Of a DNA stretch of 64,000 bases, positions 1 through 12,310 are shown one piece after another; position 1 is the first letter of the stretch, and each line of letters starts with the position of its first letter. The notes beneath the pieces were generated by a model. That model was not told the DNA's origin, searched no databases, and saw only the letters and a program-made list of their open reading frames with translations. The position numbers were made by a program, and so were the translations under genes. The DNA is from Macrostomum lignano (taxonomy: Eukaryota): positions 1 through 64,000 of the forward strand of contig NIVC01002059.1 of assembly GCA_002269645.1 (NCBI GenBank), read 5' to 3'.

Positions 1-402
1 CAGTGTTCAGTGTAGCTCTTAGATCGCATGCATGAACTTCTGACTTTTCTTTTAGCCACTCGCTTGCTTGGAAGCTTCCGTTTATGTCGCTTCAGTGTGT
101 GACGCACTATTCCAGTGTGTGATGGAACTGAGCGCAAATAAATGGCAACTGATGGATACATCAAATATTTCCATTTATACAAGTGTCTATGGCAAAAAAA
201 TATTGCCTTAGCACTGGTATAAATGGGGAATATATACCATTTACTTTGGCACATTTATTTTTAGAAAGTATGCTTTAGAAAGTAGAGCAGTACTCGTACG
301 TATTTCTATGAAGTATGTACTGCTCTCTGAATTCCACACAGATAATTTGGAAGGAAAATTCGGTGTGTTTGCTCAGTGCAGCGTTACTAGTAAAATATCA
401 AG

Positions 403-720
403 TTGATGAAATTGGAACACTTGGGACATTGGGACACATCGCATGAGAATGCCGCTGTGTACTACATTTCAGGTGAGCTTAGTCGTAAACTTTTTTGGCA
501 TGACTCGGCCGTTTCCTGTCCCGAGTCCCTGGGTGATGGCAGTAAGCAAGTCCTAAAGAGCTTGCTGTTCAAATTCAATAACCCAATGTCCGATAAATAT
601 AATGGAGGTTAAACATGTGCCCAGCTCTTCCATACACACTCCGAGTGGTTTCGCACTACTATTGATCTGTCAGTGTGCAACAGTATTCGCATCCCATTAT
701 CCAATATGATTCGTTCCTGC
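403..720 (+). mobile_element. Degenerate C-terminal fragment of a P-element/THAP9-like transposase
   Basis: ORF 403-612 reads ENAAVYYISGELSRKLFW..SCPESL, resembling the YYIAGYxxRKL..CxxC segment of P-type transposase C-termini. It is followed by GG-stop/frameshift-KHVPS, like the GGLxxPS motif. Recognised by eye only. Confidence 0.4.
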
Positions 721-1122
721 CTACTTGTCAGTAGGAGCTCTTTAATCATTCCACAGGCAAATTAAAATTGTATTATCTATACGAGCTCGGAGTTGAATAA
801 CAAGATTCTTGAGCTAAAATGTTATTTTACACACAATGAATGATGCGATCACGAAATTGCTTCTTTTACCAAGCCAAATCAAGAGGCTTGTAGCAGCAGT
901 CAAAGACTGATTCTAGTCAGTAGAACGCAATGTAAACATTTGTGCCACTGTGCAATGCAGTGCCAGCTGTTAGCCAAAGGGCACCTAGCCGCAGGCTGCA
1001 ATAAGCAAATTCAGTCATTTCTGCTGTCAAAGTTTCGCTGGCTATTTCCTCTGATGCCGATTGCGTGCCCATTTAATACACGATGAACCTGGACTTTGGC
1101 GCTGAGTTAGTCAGTCAAAGTT

Positions 1123-2933
1123 TTAAGCTTCAGCCTCTGCTACGTCGGCTTCCGCCTCTGCCTCTCCTATATCGCCGTCAGCCGCCTTCGACCACCGCCT
1201 GTGCAGCCGGTCGGAAACGCAGCAGCAGGCGATGTCGATCAGGGCGCCGACCGCCGCCGAGCACCGGGCCGCGAACCTCTCGGTCGGCGCCAGCAGGTGC
1301 AGCTCGTCGGCTCGAATTGCCCCGGCCAGCAGGACGAGACGAAGGTCGGCCAGGCCGGCCGGCGCAGGAGACGAAGAGCCGGCCGAGACCAGTGCGCAGG
1401 CCGTGGCCACTGCAGCGATCGCCAGGAGCCGGTGCACGTCAGCGCCGAGCTTGGCCGCCAGGCTTGCGCTGGCCCAGGAAGATGGCGCAGCCGGCCAGCC
1501 TGGAGGCGCCGGCGCCGGCGCTCAGCGAAGCGGCCAACGGCAGCAGAAAATCCGCGCCGCGATGGCTGACGAGGCGCCGAGGGCGCGACAACAGCGCCGA
1601 CTGGCGCCGATCGCTGCAGCGCCGGACCCCGTGGCGAAGGCGACTCCGGCAGCGGGCAGCGCCTCGGCCAGGCAGCGGACGGGGCTGGGCCGCCCGCCGG
1701 AAGCGGCAAGCAGCGGCGGCAGAGGCAGTGCGAGTCCCAGCAGCAGCAGCCAGGCCGCCAGCAGGCCGAGGCACAGCGCCAGGCCGGGCACGCTGGCTCC
1801 AACGTCGGCCAGCGGCGGCGGCGGCGGCGCCTCCAGCGCGGCCTGGGCGGCCAGGCTGGCAAAGCCAAACGGCGCCAGGTGGCGCAGGCAGTGGTGGGCG
1901 CGCGCGACGGCACTCCGCAGAGCTCTTACCGTTTCGAATAGGTCGCCGTGGACGTCGCGATGCTTCAGCAGGGCTACGGCTGTCCTTGTGACGGCCAGCA
2001 GGCCCAGCAAGTTCGGACCGGGCGGGCGAACACGGCAAAGTCAGCCGGATCGGCGCTGCTGGTTGCATTGCTGGCATTGGCCCAGCGGAGCTGCCAAGCG
2101 TGCAGCCTCAGGGGCCGCTTGCTCATGGCAGCCGCAGCCAAGCTGTCGGGGAACAGCAGACCGCCCAGGACGTCCAGAATAGCGGCCGCGGCGGCCAGGG
2201 TGTCACCTGAGGTGAACTCGCCGCCGCCTCCGCCGCTGCTGTCCTCGACTCTCAGCTGTCCAGGCCGAAGCCACAGCATCAGCGACATAATGCCCCCGGT
2301 GGCCAGAATCCAGGCTGCCATCTGCATAGCAACCGTTGCTAAGACCAGCGCCGCGACGCTGCCAAGACTTAATTCGAGCAGCGCAGCGGCAGCGGCAACC
2401 GTGGCCTGCGGCAGCACAGCGCAGCGGAGGAGGTCCGCCCAGGCCCGGCCGGGCCAGCCGAGCGCCAGGCCAGCAGGCCGCCAGCGGCGACGTCTGCGCA
2501 GAGAATCCGCAGGCTGACGCCCAGCAGGAGGCCGGCCAGGCCGCCAGCCGTGCCAGCCAGCAGCGCCGGCAGCGGCGTCAGCCTCGGGCCGTCGTGCACG
2601 CGTCGCAGTGCGCGACTTTGCTGTCGACCTGGCCGATGACGCCCGGGCGCCGGTTGGAAGCCTCGCCAACGGGCTGAGGCCGATCTCCTCCGTGCTGTCC
2701 GGGCTGTGCATGGCTGTCAGCCGGCTTGTCTGGGGCTCGCTGGCCTCATATAGTCGAGTGTTGCACACAGTCTGGTCAGCAGAATTTGAATTGCAGATTG
2801 CCAAAAGCTGCTCTGTCAGAACAGGAGCGGCACTCACTGTGCGCTGAAGCTTACATTCGAGCTTCTGATTCGTTTCACCTGTTTGCGGCTTGAAAAGTAA
2901 ATGAAGACAGGAGTTGCTGCGTTGGCTAATCAT
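1123..2933 (-). pseudogene. Disrupted (or mis-assembled) multi-pass membrane protein gene
   Basis: GC-rich coding-like block. ORF 1974-2933 has hydrophobic stretches and shifts frame near 2010-2040 into ORF 1522-2010. An in-frame TGA at 1522-1524 is followed by ORF 1123-1437 in the same frame. Several TM-like segments. The motif order is only weakly reminiscent of GPAA1/Gaa1. Confidence 0.4.
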
Positions 2934-3056
2934 GGTTGAATAATTATCTAAAGTAACTAAATACGAGCGAACTTAATGAAGACTGCGTTTCACAGCAGTA
3001 TTGATTGGTTCTTATAGATAATGAAAAAAATAGTGACAGTATTTATGCCCGAACAA

Positions 3057-3774
<718 letters not shown>

Positions 3775-4546
3775 CCATGACACACACACGCAGTACACAT
3801 TAGCAATGAGAACATTAATTATCACCTTTGAAAGGATATGGACTCTGCTTAAAATAGATTTTATGAACTTTTGGATCAGCGCACTTGGTGTTCAATAGTA
3901 TGTAAATATTAAATATCAGAGTTCCTCATAGATAAAATCAAATACGCAGTGGCCTCCGTTCTCTCCATGCTTCGAGCGGACATTTCCGATCATCCTCTCG
4001 CAGTCCATTCACTCTCCCCATCCCTCTGGTTCATTCTATTCGAATTTCCCTATTTCTTATCTTTCTTCTTGCACAAGCAATTTCAAGAAACGCTCGCTCG
4101 CGTGCCAACCGAAAGCAGCTTGGAGCTCGCGTCTCTCCTATCCATTAATATTCATTAGCTTTTACTGGCCTGGCAGTAGCGTCTATAGGCCTCTGTGTAA
4201 GATTGGACTCGATAAAATCTGACACGAAAACTAGAGCGGCTAGCAGGTGGCTACCGTTGGTGTCTGGCGGTAACTTCACTCTGCACTCTGACAGGAGACA
4301 CGAAGTCATAGAGACATGACATGTTTGTCGCAAAAGTAGGCGACCGTGACATCGTGACATTACAGGAGGAGTGCTGGATGCATTGATAGGACACAATCAG
4401 AAGACGCAGTCACAAGTACAATTTGATTAAATTTCTGCCTGCAATACATGCCTGCTTGCTTAGGATGAAGTGTCCGATATGGCTCTCAACTTTAATTTGA
4501 TCGTGAGCATCAGTAACACTCCACTGCCCAAAGTCCTTCAGTGACT

Positions 4547-5325
4547 CTCCGCTACCCAATGTCCTTCAGATAGCTACCCTCCGCTACCCAATGTCCTTCG
4601 GATAGCTACCTTCCGCTACCCAATGTCCTTCAGATAGCTACCCTCCGCTACCCAATGTCCTTCAGATAGCTACCTTCCGCTACCCAATGTCCTTCAGATA
4701 GCTACCCTCCGCTACCCAATGTCCTTCGGATAGCTACCCTCCACTACCCAATGTCCTTCGGATAGCTACCTTCCGCTACCAAATGTCCTCCAGATAGCTA
4801 CCCTCCGCTACCCAATGTCCTTCGGATAGCTACCCTCCGCTACCCAATGTCCTCCAGATAGCTACCCTCCGCTACCCAATGTCCTTCGGATAGCTACCCT
4901 CCGCTACCCAATGTCCTTCGGATAGCTACCCTCCGCTACCCAGTGTCTTTCAGATAGCTACCCTCCGCTACCCAGTGTCCTTCAGATAGCTACCCTCCAC
5001 TACCCAATGTCCTTCGGATAGCTACCCTCCGCTACCCAGTGTCTTTCAGATAGCTACCCTCCACTACCCAATGTCCTTCGGATAGCTACCCTCCGCTACC
5101 CAGTGTCTTTCAGATAGCTACCCTCCACTACCCAATGTCCTTCGGATAGCTACCCTCCGCTACCCAGTGTCTTTCAGATAGCTACCCTCCACTACCCAAT
5201 GTCCTTCGGATAGCTACCCTCCGCTACCCAGTGTCTTTCAGATAGCTACCCTCCGCTACCCAATGTCCTCCAGATAGCTACCCTCCGCTACCCAATGTCC
5301 TCCAGATAGCTACCCTCCGCTACCC
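4547..5325. repeat. 32-bp minisatellite (CTCCGCTACCCAATGTCCTTCAGATAGCTACC), ~24 copies
   Basis: Period 32 (GCTACCCA at 4551, 4583...). Confidence 0.97.
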
Positions 5326-7503
5326 CTCAATCTCAGCAAGCAGAGCACAACCGAACTCTTTCAACAGTCGCAGCAGTCATTGCATCAGGAAACGAGAGCT
5401 TGGCAATGCTGGATAGCATGCATGGTACTCTTATTTTCTTTGCGTAATAAATCAAGCCAGCTCACTAGCTTTGGCATCTGCTCGGCCATTGTTGAGGCCT
5501 GTATTGCTGCTAATAAATATTCCCGCCCACTGAAACTGTCCAACGCCAAGACAGGGACAGAGCAAATAAATTTCCTGCAGCTAACTGGCATAGACAGGCA
5601 GGATAAGGCAAGAATGAGCAATTGCTTGCGTAGAGGAGACCTGAGGAGGCTTGCGCAGCACTTTCTCTTTTGCTATAGCCTTTTCCAATTAACTCTTTAT
5701 CTCTATCATGAATTATTGACTAGATACTGGCTCATTTTCTTTCTGGTATTCTGTGCAACTGGTTAATCTTTTATTACTGACTAATCCATAGTGGGCCATT
5801 TTCGTTGTCACTGGTCATCATCTGATGGGCGGGATTTCTAGGGCTTCTTTGTGCGATAAATTCTGCGGCTTCTTCAAGTCAAAGAGAAATGGAGATTTCT
5901 AAGAAACGATTTGCTTGGAAAGAGAGAAATTTATGGATAAAGACTGCTGAGATAAGAAGATGATTGACTTTACCTGCGTTATCAATTGAGCAATAGCTAT
6001 CTTGATAGTTAGCTACTCATAGTAGTCGATTCAAGGACCACCTGGAAGCTGGACGGGAATACACATGGACAACCGCAGTAAAGGGCCGCTACACTCGACT
6101 GTCTTAGAAATGATCTGATCAATTCTAAACCAAAGCTTTAAACAGTTGTTTTGAAATGCAATGCTTTGCATACCGGTACTTAGCTTAAAGAAACCATGGG
6201 CTTTTGAACATTAAAATATTATAAGGGTTGTTTGAAATTCGGAAGTCTTTTACATTATTGATTTTTACGAGCTATACTTCAAACTGCTTTCATAACAGTA
6301 AGCCCGGCAGGGACCCCTGAGGAAAGTAGATGGACGGGTATTTTGTTTCCTGGAAAATAATTTTTGAAGATTAAAACAAACCTTATAATTATTTTTTTAA
6401 CTTTTACTGGTAAATCATCTAAATGAATGTGAAAATTACATTTTCCCTTTATTACTTTAGCTCAACTTATCTATACACAGACGAATATGTACTTTACTTT
6501 AGCGTATATGCTCATTTTATTTTAAATCAGAACCTGATTTCATTGCCAAAATCCATCGAATTCTCCAATTAGCAGAACAATTTCCCCAACCAGTTTGGCA
6601 TGCATGCAGTTTCTGCCCGCAGGCTGAAGTATACATTATAATGCTAGGCATTTTTCCACACGACTGACCACTAAACCGCTTAACCGCTAAAGGCTTCGTA
6701 AATAAGCAACCGTACTGACAGACATTTGCTAATGTTTATTTATGAAAGGCCACATACGCTCGTAGTAATGCTTAGCCTGCCTGGATTAATTTTTACATGG
6801 CCAGCCTAGCCTATGATGGGTGTGAATCACGCTGTTTTCAAACTTAATAATGATATTAGTAATAATAATATTATTATTAGTTAATTACAACTAGAGAAAG
6901 AGAAGAAGAAAATGAAAATCAATCAAGCAAAGTCGATCCCCAAGGCTCAAGGGAAGCCGGCTAGCGGCTCAGTTGGCATATGCAGTTGCTTGCCATAATG
7001 CGCCAGCATACGTGCGTACGCCATTCGCCATTCGAATGCGCCAGTAGGCAGGGGGGGGGCTCCGTGAGTTATTGGTGGTCACGGCTGGCTGACCCCCGGC
7101 CTATACTGAACCTATATAGAAAGTACTTTCTGGTGCCTGACTTGCTGCTGGCCGGGCCTTTTGCCGCTACGCGAAGTGGCCTCTGAAGTCAAGATGGGAA
7201 AAGAAAGAAACAGAGCGAGAGAGATGAGCTGGCAACAGATTCCCCGCTGTCAGCGAATGACTGATTAGCCTTCCCCTATTCTGTGCGGCGTGTTAGCTGT
7301 CCGCCCTGGCAGCGGCGGCCGTCCGTCACTGGCCTGTCAGGTGGCTTCTGATGCGTCAGCGCCGGCTTCGAGTCAGATGGAAGATTATTTTAGAGGCGGA
7401 AGGTTAGGGGCTTTTCAATTTTACCGACAGGATTAGATTGGATTGGGGCTGGGGAGGCCCGGACTCTCATGGGCTGTCATGGGTAGCTGTTGGATTTTGG
7501 CGC

Positions 7504-8202
7504 AAGACAGGAAGGGACAGACACTAAGACAGGAAGGGACAGACACTAAGACAATAAGGGACAGACACTAAGACAGGAAGGGACAGACACTAAGAAAGGA
7601 AGGGATAGACACTAAGACAGGAAGGGACAGACACTAAGACAGGAAGGGACAGACACTAAGACAGGAAGGGACAGACACTAAGACAGGAAGGGACAGACAC
7701 TAAGACAGGAAGGGACAGACACTAAGACAGGAAGGGACAGACACTAAGACAGGAAGGAACAAACACTAAGACAGGAAGGGACAGACACTAAGACAGGAAG
7801 GGACAGACACTAAGACAGGAAGGGACAGACACTAAGACAGGAAGGGACAGACACTAAGACAGGAAGGGACAGACACTAAGACAGGAAGGGACAGACACTA
7901 AGACAGGAAGGAACAAACACTAAGACAGGAAGGGACAGACACTAAGACAGGAAGGGACAGACACTAAGACGGGAAGGGACAGACACTAAGACAGGAAGGG
8001 ACAGACACTAAGACAGGAAGGGACAGACACTAAGACAGGAAGGGACAGACACTAAGACAGGAAGGGACAGACACTAAGACAGGAAGGGACAGACACTAAG
8101 ACAGGAAGGGACAGACACTAAGACAGGAAGGGACAGACACTAAGACAGGAAGGGACAGACACTAAGACAGGAAGGGACAGACACTAAGACAGGAAGGGAC
8201 AG
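7504..8202. repeat. 22-bp minisatellite (ACACTAAGACAGGAAGGGACAG), ~31 copies
   Basis: Near-perfect tandem copies. Confidence 0.98.
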
Positions 8203-8756
8203 TTGCCAAGGCGGATAGAAATATATAAAAAATTAGCTTGTAGAAGTTGAATCAGCCTAGACAGGAAATTGAGAGAAAAGTTAACACCATAGCATTTTCT
8301 TAGTCTGGATTAAGTTTGGAAAGCAAAATCTCTGAGATTATCTCTGACAGAAGACGAGAGCTGCTAAATACTAAAAATCTCTTTTTTGGCCTAACTTGAA
8401 GTTTTTCTGCCAAAGCAGCTGAGTGCTGACGGTAGTAGCTGCCAACGTTTTGATTCACTCATATCAAAAGTGCAAATTATAAGCAATAAATAAGGCTTAC
8501 ACCAACGAAATCTTGCATGATATTTTTAGTGTTAGATCAGTTAAACAATTAATGGTTTATAAACAGCTTTGGTAGATTTTCCTCAAGCTATAGACATGGA
8601 AATTATAGTACAGTTGACTAGGATAATCTTGTCTGGCAAACTGTGTTATGCAGATAAACTGGCCGGAGTGACCTCGTCTATGTGAACAGGCAGGCCGCCT
8701 AAAGAGGCGGCGGAATGGGTCAAGAATCTGCGGCTGGGCCCCGAGATATGACTCCT

Positions 8757-10148
8757 CTAGACCCAGGACAGCTGCAGTTGCTCGCCCTCCAACTCGATTG
8801 AAGTCTGCGTCGGATGCGGTGGCGGCTGCAGAAGCAGCGGCGGCTTCTCCTCGGATTTCGACAGCACCGATGCTCCGTTCTTCTCAGCATCGACCGCGTC
8901 GTCGCCGGCCTCGGCTTCGGCCGGCGCTGCAGATGAAAAGCCGCGCACCGACCGACGCAGGCGTCGACGCTGCTCCGACGTGCGTCGGGACGGCAGCTGC
9001 ACCGAGGCGATGAAGGCGTCGTCTCTGCCGGCTCGGTCTTGACCGCCGCCGACGCTGGCAGCCGCGGCGACCCCGAGTCGCCGGGTGCACAGCAGCCTGG
9101 CCAGCTCCCTGCGAAACAGGGCGCCGGTGGCCAGGTAGACAAAGAATTTCAGCGCATTGTGACTGACGGCCAGGCTGTTAACTATGTGACTAGCGGCCAG
9201 GTGAGTGAAATAGGTGCGCAGCTGGGGCAGCTGGCCGTCATCGATTTGCTGGCGCACCTGGGCGTCGGTGAGGTTGCAGGTGAGGCCCTCCAAGTCGGTG
9301 CTGACCAGGCTGATGCTGGCAAACAGCAGGGCGGTGACCGGCAGCATGGCGCCGATCTGGTAGAAGGAGACACTCAGCAGCGTCACCGTGGCTGCCGTCG
9401 GTTGTCGCCGCTGCGCCGACGTTGGCATGGGCGCAGACAGCTCGGACACGGTGGCCACCGCTCCGCTAGCCGCTGACCGCCTCACCTGCACCAGCACCAG
9501 CAGGTTGAAGGCCAAAATAGTCAGCGGTGCTGCGGCGAAGAACAGCACTTCCGTGATCTTCGTCCAAACGTTGTAGAACCTGTGCTGCATCGTGCCAGCC
9601 TCCAGAATCCGTTTGTCCTCTGTGCAGATCTGAACGCTAGCGTCGTAGTGATAGAAGCGGAGCTGCATCAGCGCCACCAGAAGGCAGCCGACAGACAGGC
9701 AGGCGGTGGCCGCCAGAGCCCGGCGGACGGTGCAGAGCCGGTGGCTGCTGAACGGATGGCAGATGCCGATGTAGCGCTCAACAGTGAAGCCGAGAATCAG
9801 AGCCGGGGACAGGTACTGCATCCAGATGCTGTAGACAGGGAAGGCCCAGCAGACGGGCCGGTTGTCGAGCACTCTAACGTCATAGTACTCTCGCAGATGC
9901 CAGGGCAGCTGCTGCATCAGCAGGAATGCCGCATCCAGTACAGCCAAGGCGCACAGGTAGATGCTGGAGCTGCTGCGCATCTGGCGACTGCTCCAGACGG
10001 CCAGGCTGAGGAGGCTGCCTGGAACGCCAAGCACCAGCCAAAGCGGCAGCAGAGTGCGGGCGAGGTGCACACTATAGGGCACGAATGCCAGGCTGAGGCT
10101 GAGACTGCTGCTGTGCCGGCTCAGAATGCCAGCGCAACTGTCGTTCAT
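8757..10148 (-). CDS. Intronless rhodopsin-class GPCR, invertebrate peptide-receptor-like (FMRFamide/myosuppressin/sex-peptide receptor type), 463 aa
   Basis: Seven hydrophobic segments. TM2 SSIYLCALAVLD, TM3 FTVERYIGICHPF, IL2 CTVRRA, TM7 SHNALKFFVYLATGALFRREL. Confidence 0.93.
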   Translation of the reverse strand: MNDSCAGILSRHSSSLSLSLAFVPYSVHLARTLLPLWLVLGVPGSLLSLAVWSSRQMRSSSSIYLCALAVLDAAFLLMQQLPWHLREYYDVRVLDNRPVCWAFPVYSIWMQYLSPALILGFTVERYIGICHPFSSHRLCTVRRALAATACLSVGCLLVALMQLRFYHYDASVQICTEDKRILEAGTMQHRFYNVWTKITEVLFFAAAPLTILAFNLLVLVQVRRSAASGAVATVSELSAPMPTSAQRRQPTAATVTLLSVSFYQIGAMLPVTALLFASISLVSTDLEGLTCNLTDAQVRQQIDDGQLPQLRTYFTHLAASHIVNSLAVSHNALKFFVYLATGALFRRELARLLCTRRLGVAAAASVGGGQDRAGRDDAFIASVQLPSRRTSEQRRRLRRSVRGFSSAAPAEAEAGDDAVDAEKNGASVLSKSEEKPPLLLQPPPHPTQTSIELEGEQLQLSWV

Positions 10149-10359
10149 GGCCAGCTAATTGTCAGACTGACTAATTTTATTACCAGCTCGCTGTGTGAAA
10201 TTTTGCGCAGCAGAATGGAGGCGACCTACCAGTAGCTTTTAAAAGATCATTTTCAAATCTTAAGCCCTGTCAGCTGGGCTTTGATTGGTCAGAATTGAAT
10301 CCGGCTACTACCCAATGGAAGCTATAGTAGCAGCGGCTTCAGCAGCAGCAGTAAGACTA

Positions 10360-10718
<359 letters not shown>

Positions 10719-11317
10719 AAACAAATCGCTATTTTTAATTATGTAATTTTACCGTTTGTTAATAAACTAGTTGGCCAGTTTTACTGATAACTAAAAAAGA
10801 AGGAACGCTGCAGTGTGCTACTTCTAGTAGTATGATGTAAATCGAAATAAAAATTCAGATAATAATGACAAAGCAGTCACCTGCATTCTATCTTCTATCT
10901 TAACGATTTGAGGATTTTTTATGAACCTTTGATTCTGGGTGCGGGCAGCCATGCCTAGCAAGAATCCGTTAATGCATCGGAGTTGCAAAAGCGCAAATCC
11001 AGCAACTGCCTGTCCGCTCTGATCCGCCAGACTTATCAATCGCGCGCCAACAGCCAAGCTCTGAGGTAGCAGTGGAAATCGGGGCTTGAGTGCAGGCGCT
11101 GGATTTGCGGGACCCGGCAGGAAATGCGCCAGTTTAACGCACTTGCTTGCATCAGAGGTTCGATAGCAGGGTCGCGATTAGCGGCAGGGTTTGCCAGGGA
11201 TAACTGGGGATAAGGTTGACTGCCTTTGCGACCAGAGATAATCGTTCTAATGGAAGCCATTGACAAGCAGAGGCAACGCCCTACCCTCTGCGGTCAGCTT
11301 TATCTGTGTGTCAGCAT

Positions 11318-12156
11318 GCCTACCTATCTACCTGCCTACCTACCTATCTACCTGCCTACCTATCTACCTGCCTACCTATCTACCTGCCTACCTATCTACC
11401 TGCCTACCTATCTACCTACCTACCTATCTACCAACCTAGCTATCTACCAACCTACCCATCTATCTACCTACCTACCTATCTACCTATCTACCTATCTACC
11501 AACCTACCCATCTATCTACCTACCTACCTATCTACCTACCTACCTATCTACCTATCTACCTATCTACCTGCCTACCTATCTACCTGCCTACCTATCTACC
11601 TATCTACCTATCTACCAACCTACCTATCTACCTACCTACCTATCTATCTACCTATCTACCTATCTACCAACCTAGCTATCTACCAACCTAGCTATCTACC
11701 AACCTAGCTATCTACCAACCTACCTATCTAACTACCTACCTATCTATCTACCTACCTATCTACCTACCTATCTACCTACCTACCTATCTATCTACCTACC
11801 TATCTACCAACCTAGCTATCTACCAACCTACCCATCTATCTACCTACCTATCTACCTATCTACCTATCTACCAACCTACCCATCTATCTACCTACCTACC
11901 TATCTACCTACCTACCTATCTACCTATCTACCTATCTACCTGCCTACCTATCTACCTGCCTACCTATCTACCAACCTACCTATCTACCTGCCTACCTATC
12001 TACCTGCCTACCTATCTACCTATCTACCTATCTACCAACCTAGCTATCTACCAACCTACCTATCTACCTACCTACCTATCTATCTACCTACCTATCTACC
12101 TATCTATCTACCTACCTACCAATCTACCAACCTACCTATCTACCTACCTGTCTACC
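11318..12156. repeat. Compound (CTAC/CTAT)n tetranucleotide microsatellite
   Basis: Direct reading. Confidence 0.97.
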
Positions 12157-12310
12157 ATTTATTTAGTTGCAAATCTGTGTCTGCAATACAAGCTACAGGA
12201 AAATACTAAATTCAGAACTTTCAATACTTGGATGGCAATTGCAATTGGCAAGGTTAATTTTTCACACTGGCAATGTATGCAATGCAGCTGCATGCTGCAA
12301 TGGTAGATAC

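Noticed and set aside
1522-1524. TGA as selenocysteine
   Set aside because: No redox motif or recognisable SECIS, and nearby frameshifts explain the disruption better.
1083-2847. Plus-strand Arg/Ala/Pro-rich ORFs
   Set aside because: Antisense shadows of GC-rich minus-strand coding-like sequence.
8720-10235. Overlapping ORFs around the GPCR (and similar ones over DEG/ENaC, SLC18, SNX14 and the JmjC gene)
   Set aside because: Alternative frames or antisense of well-supported genes.
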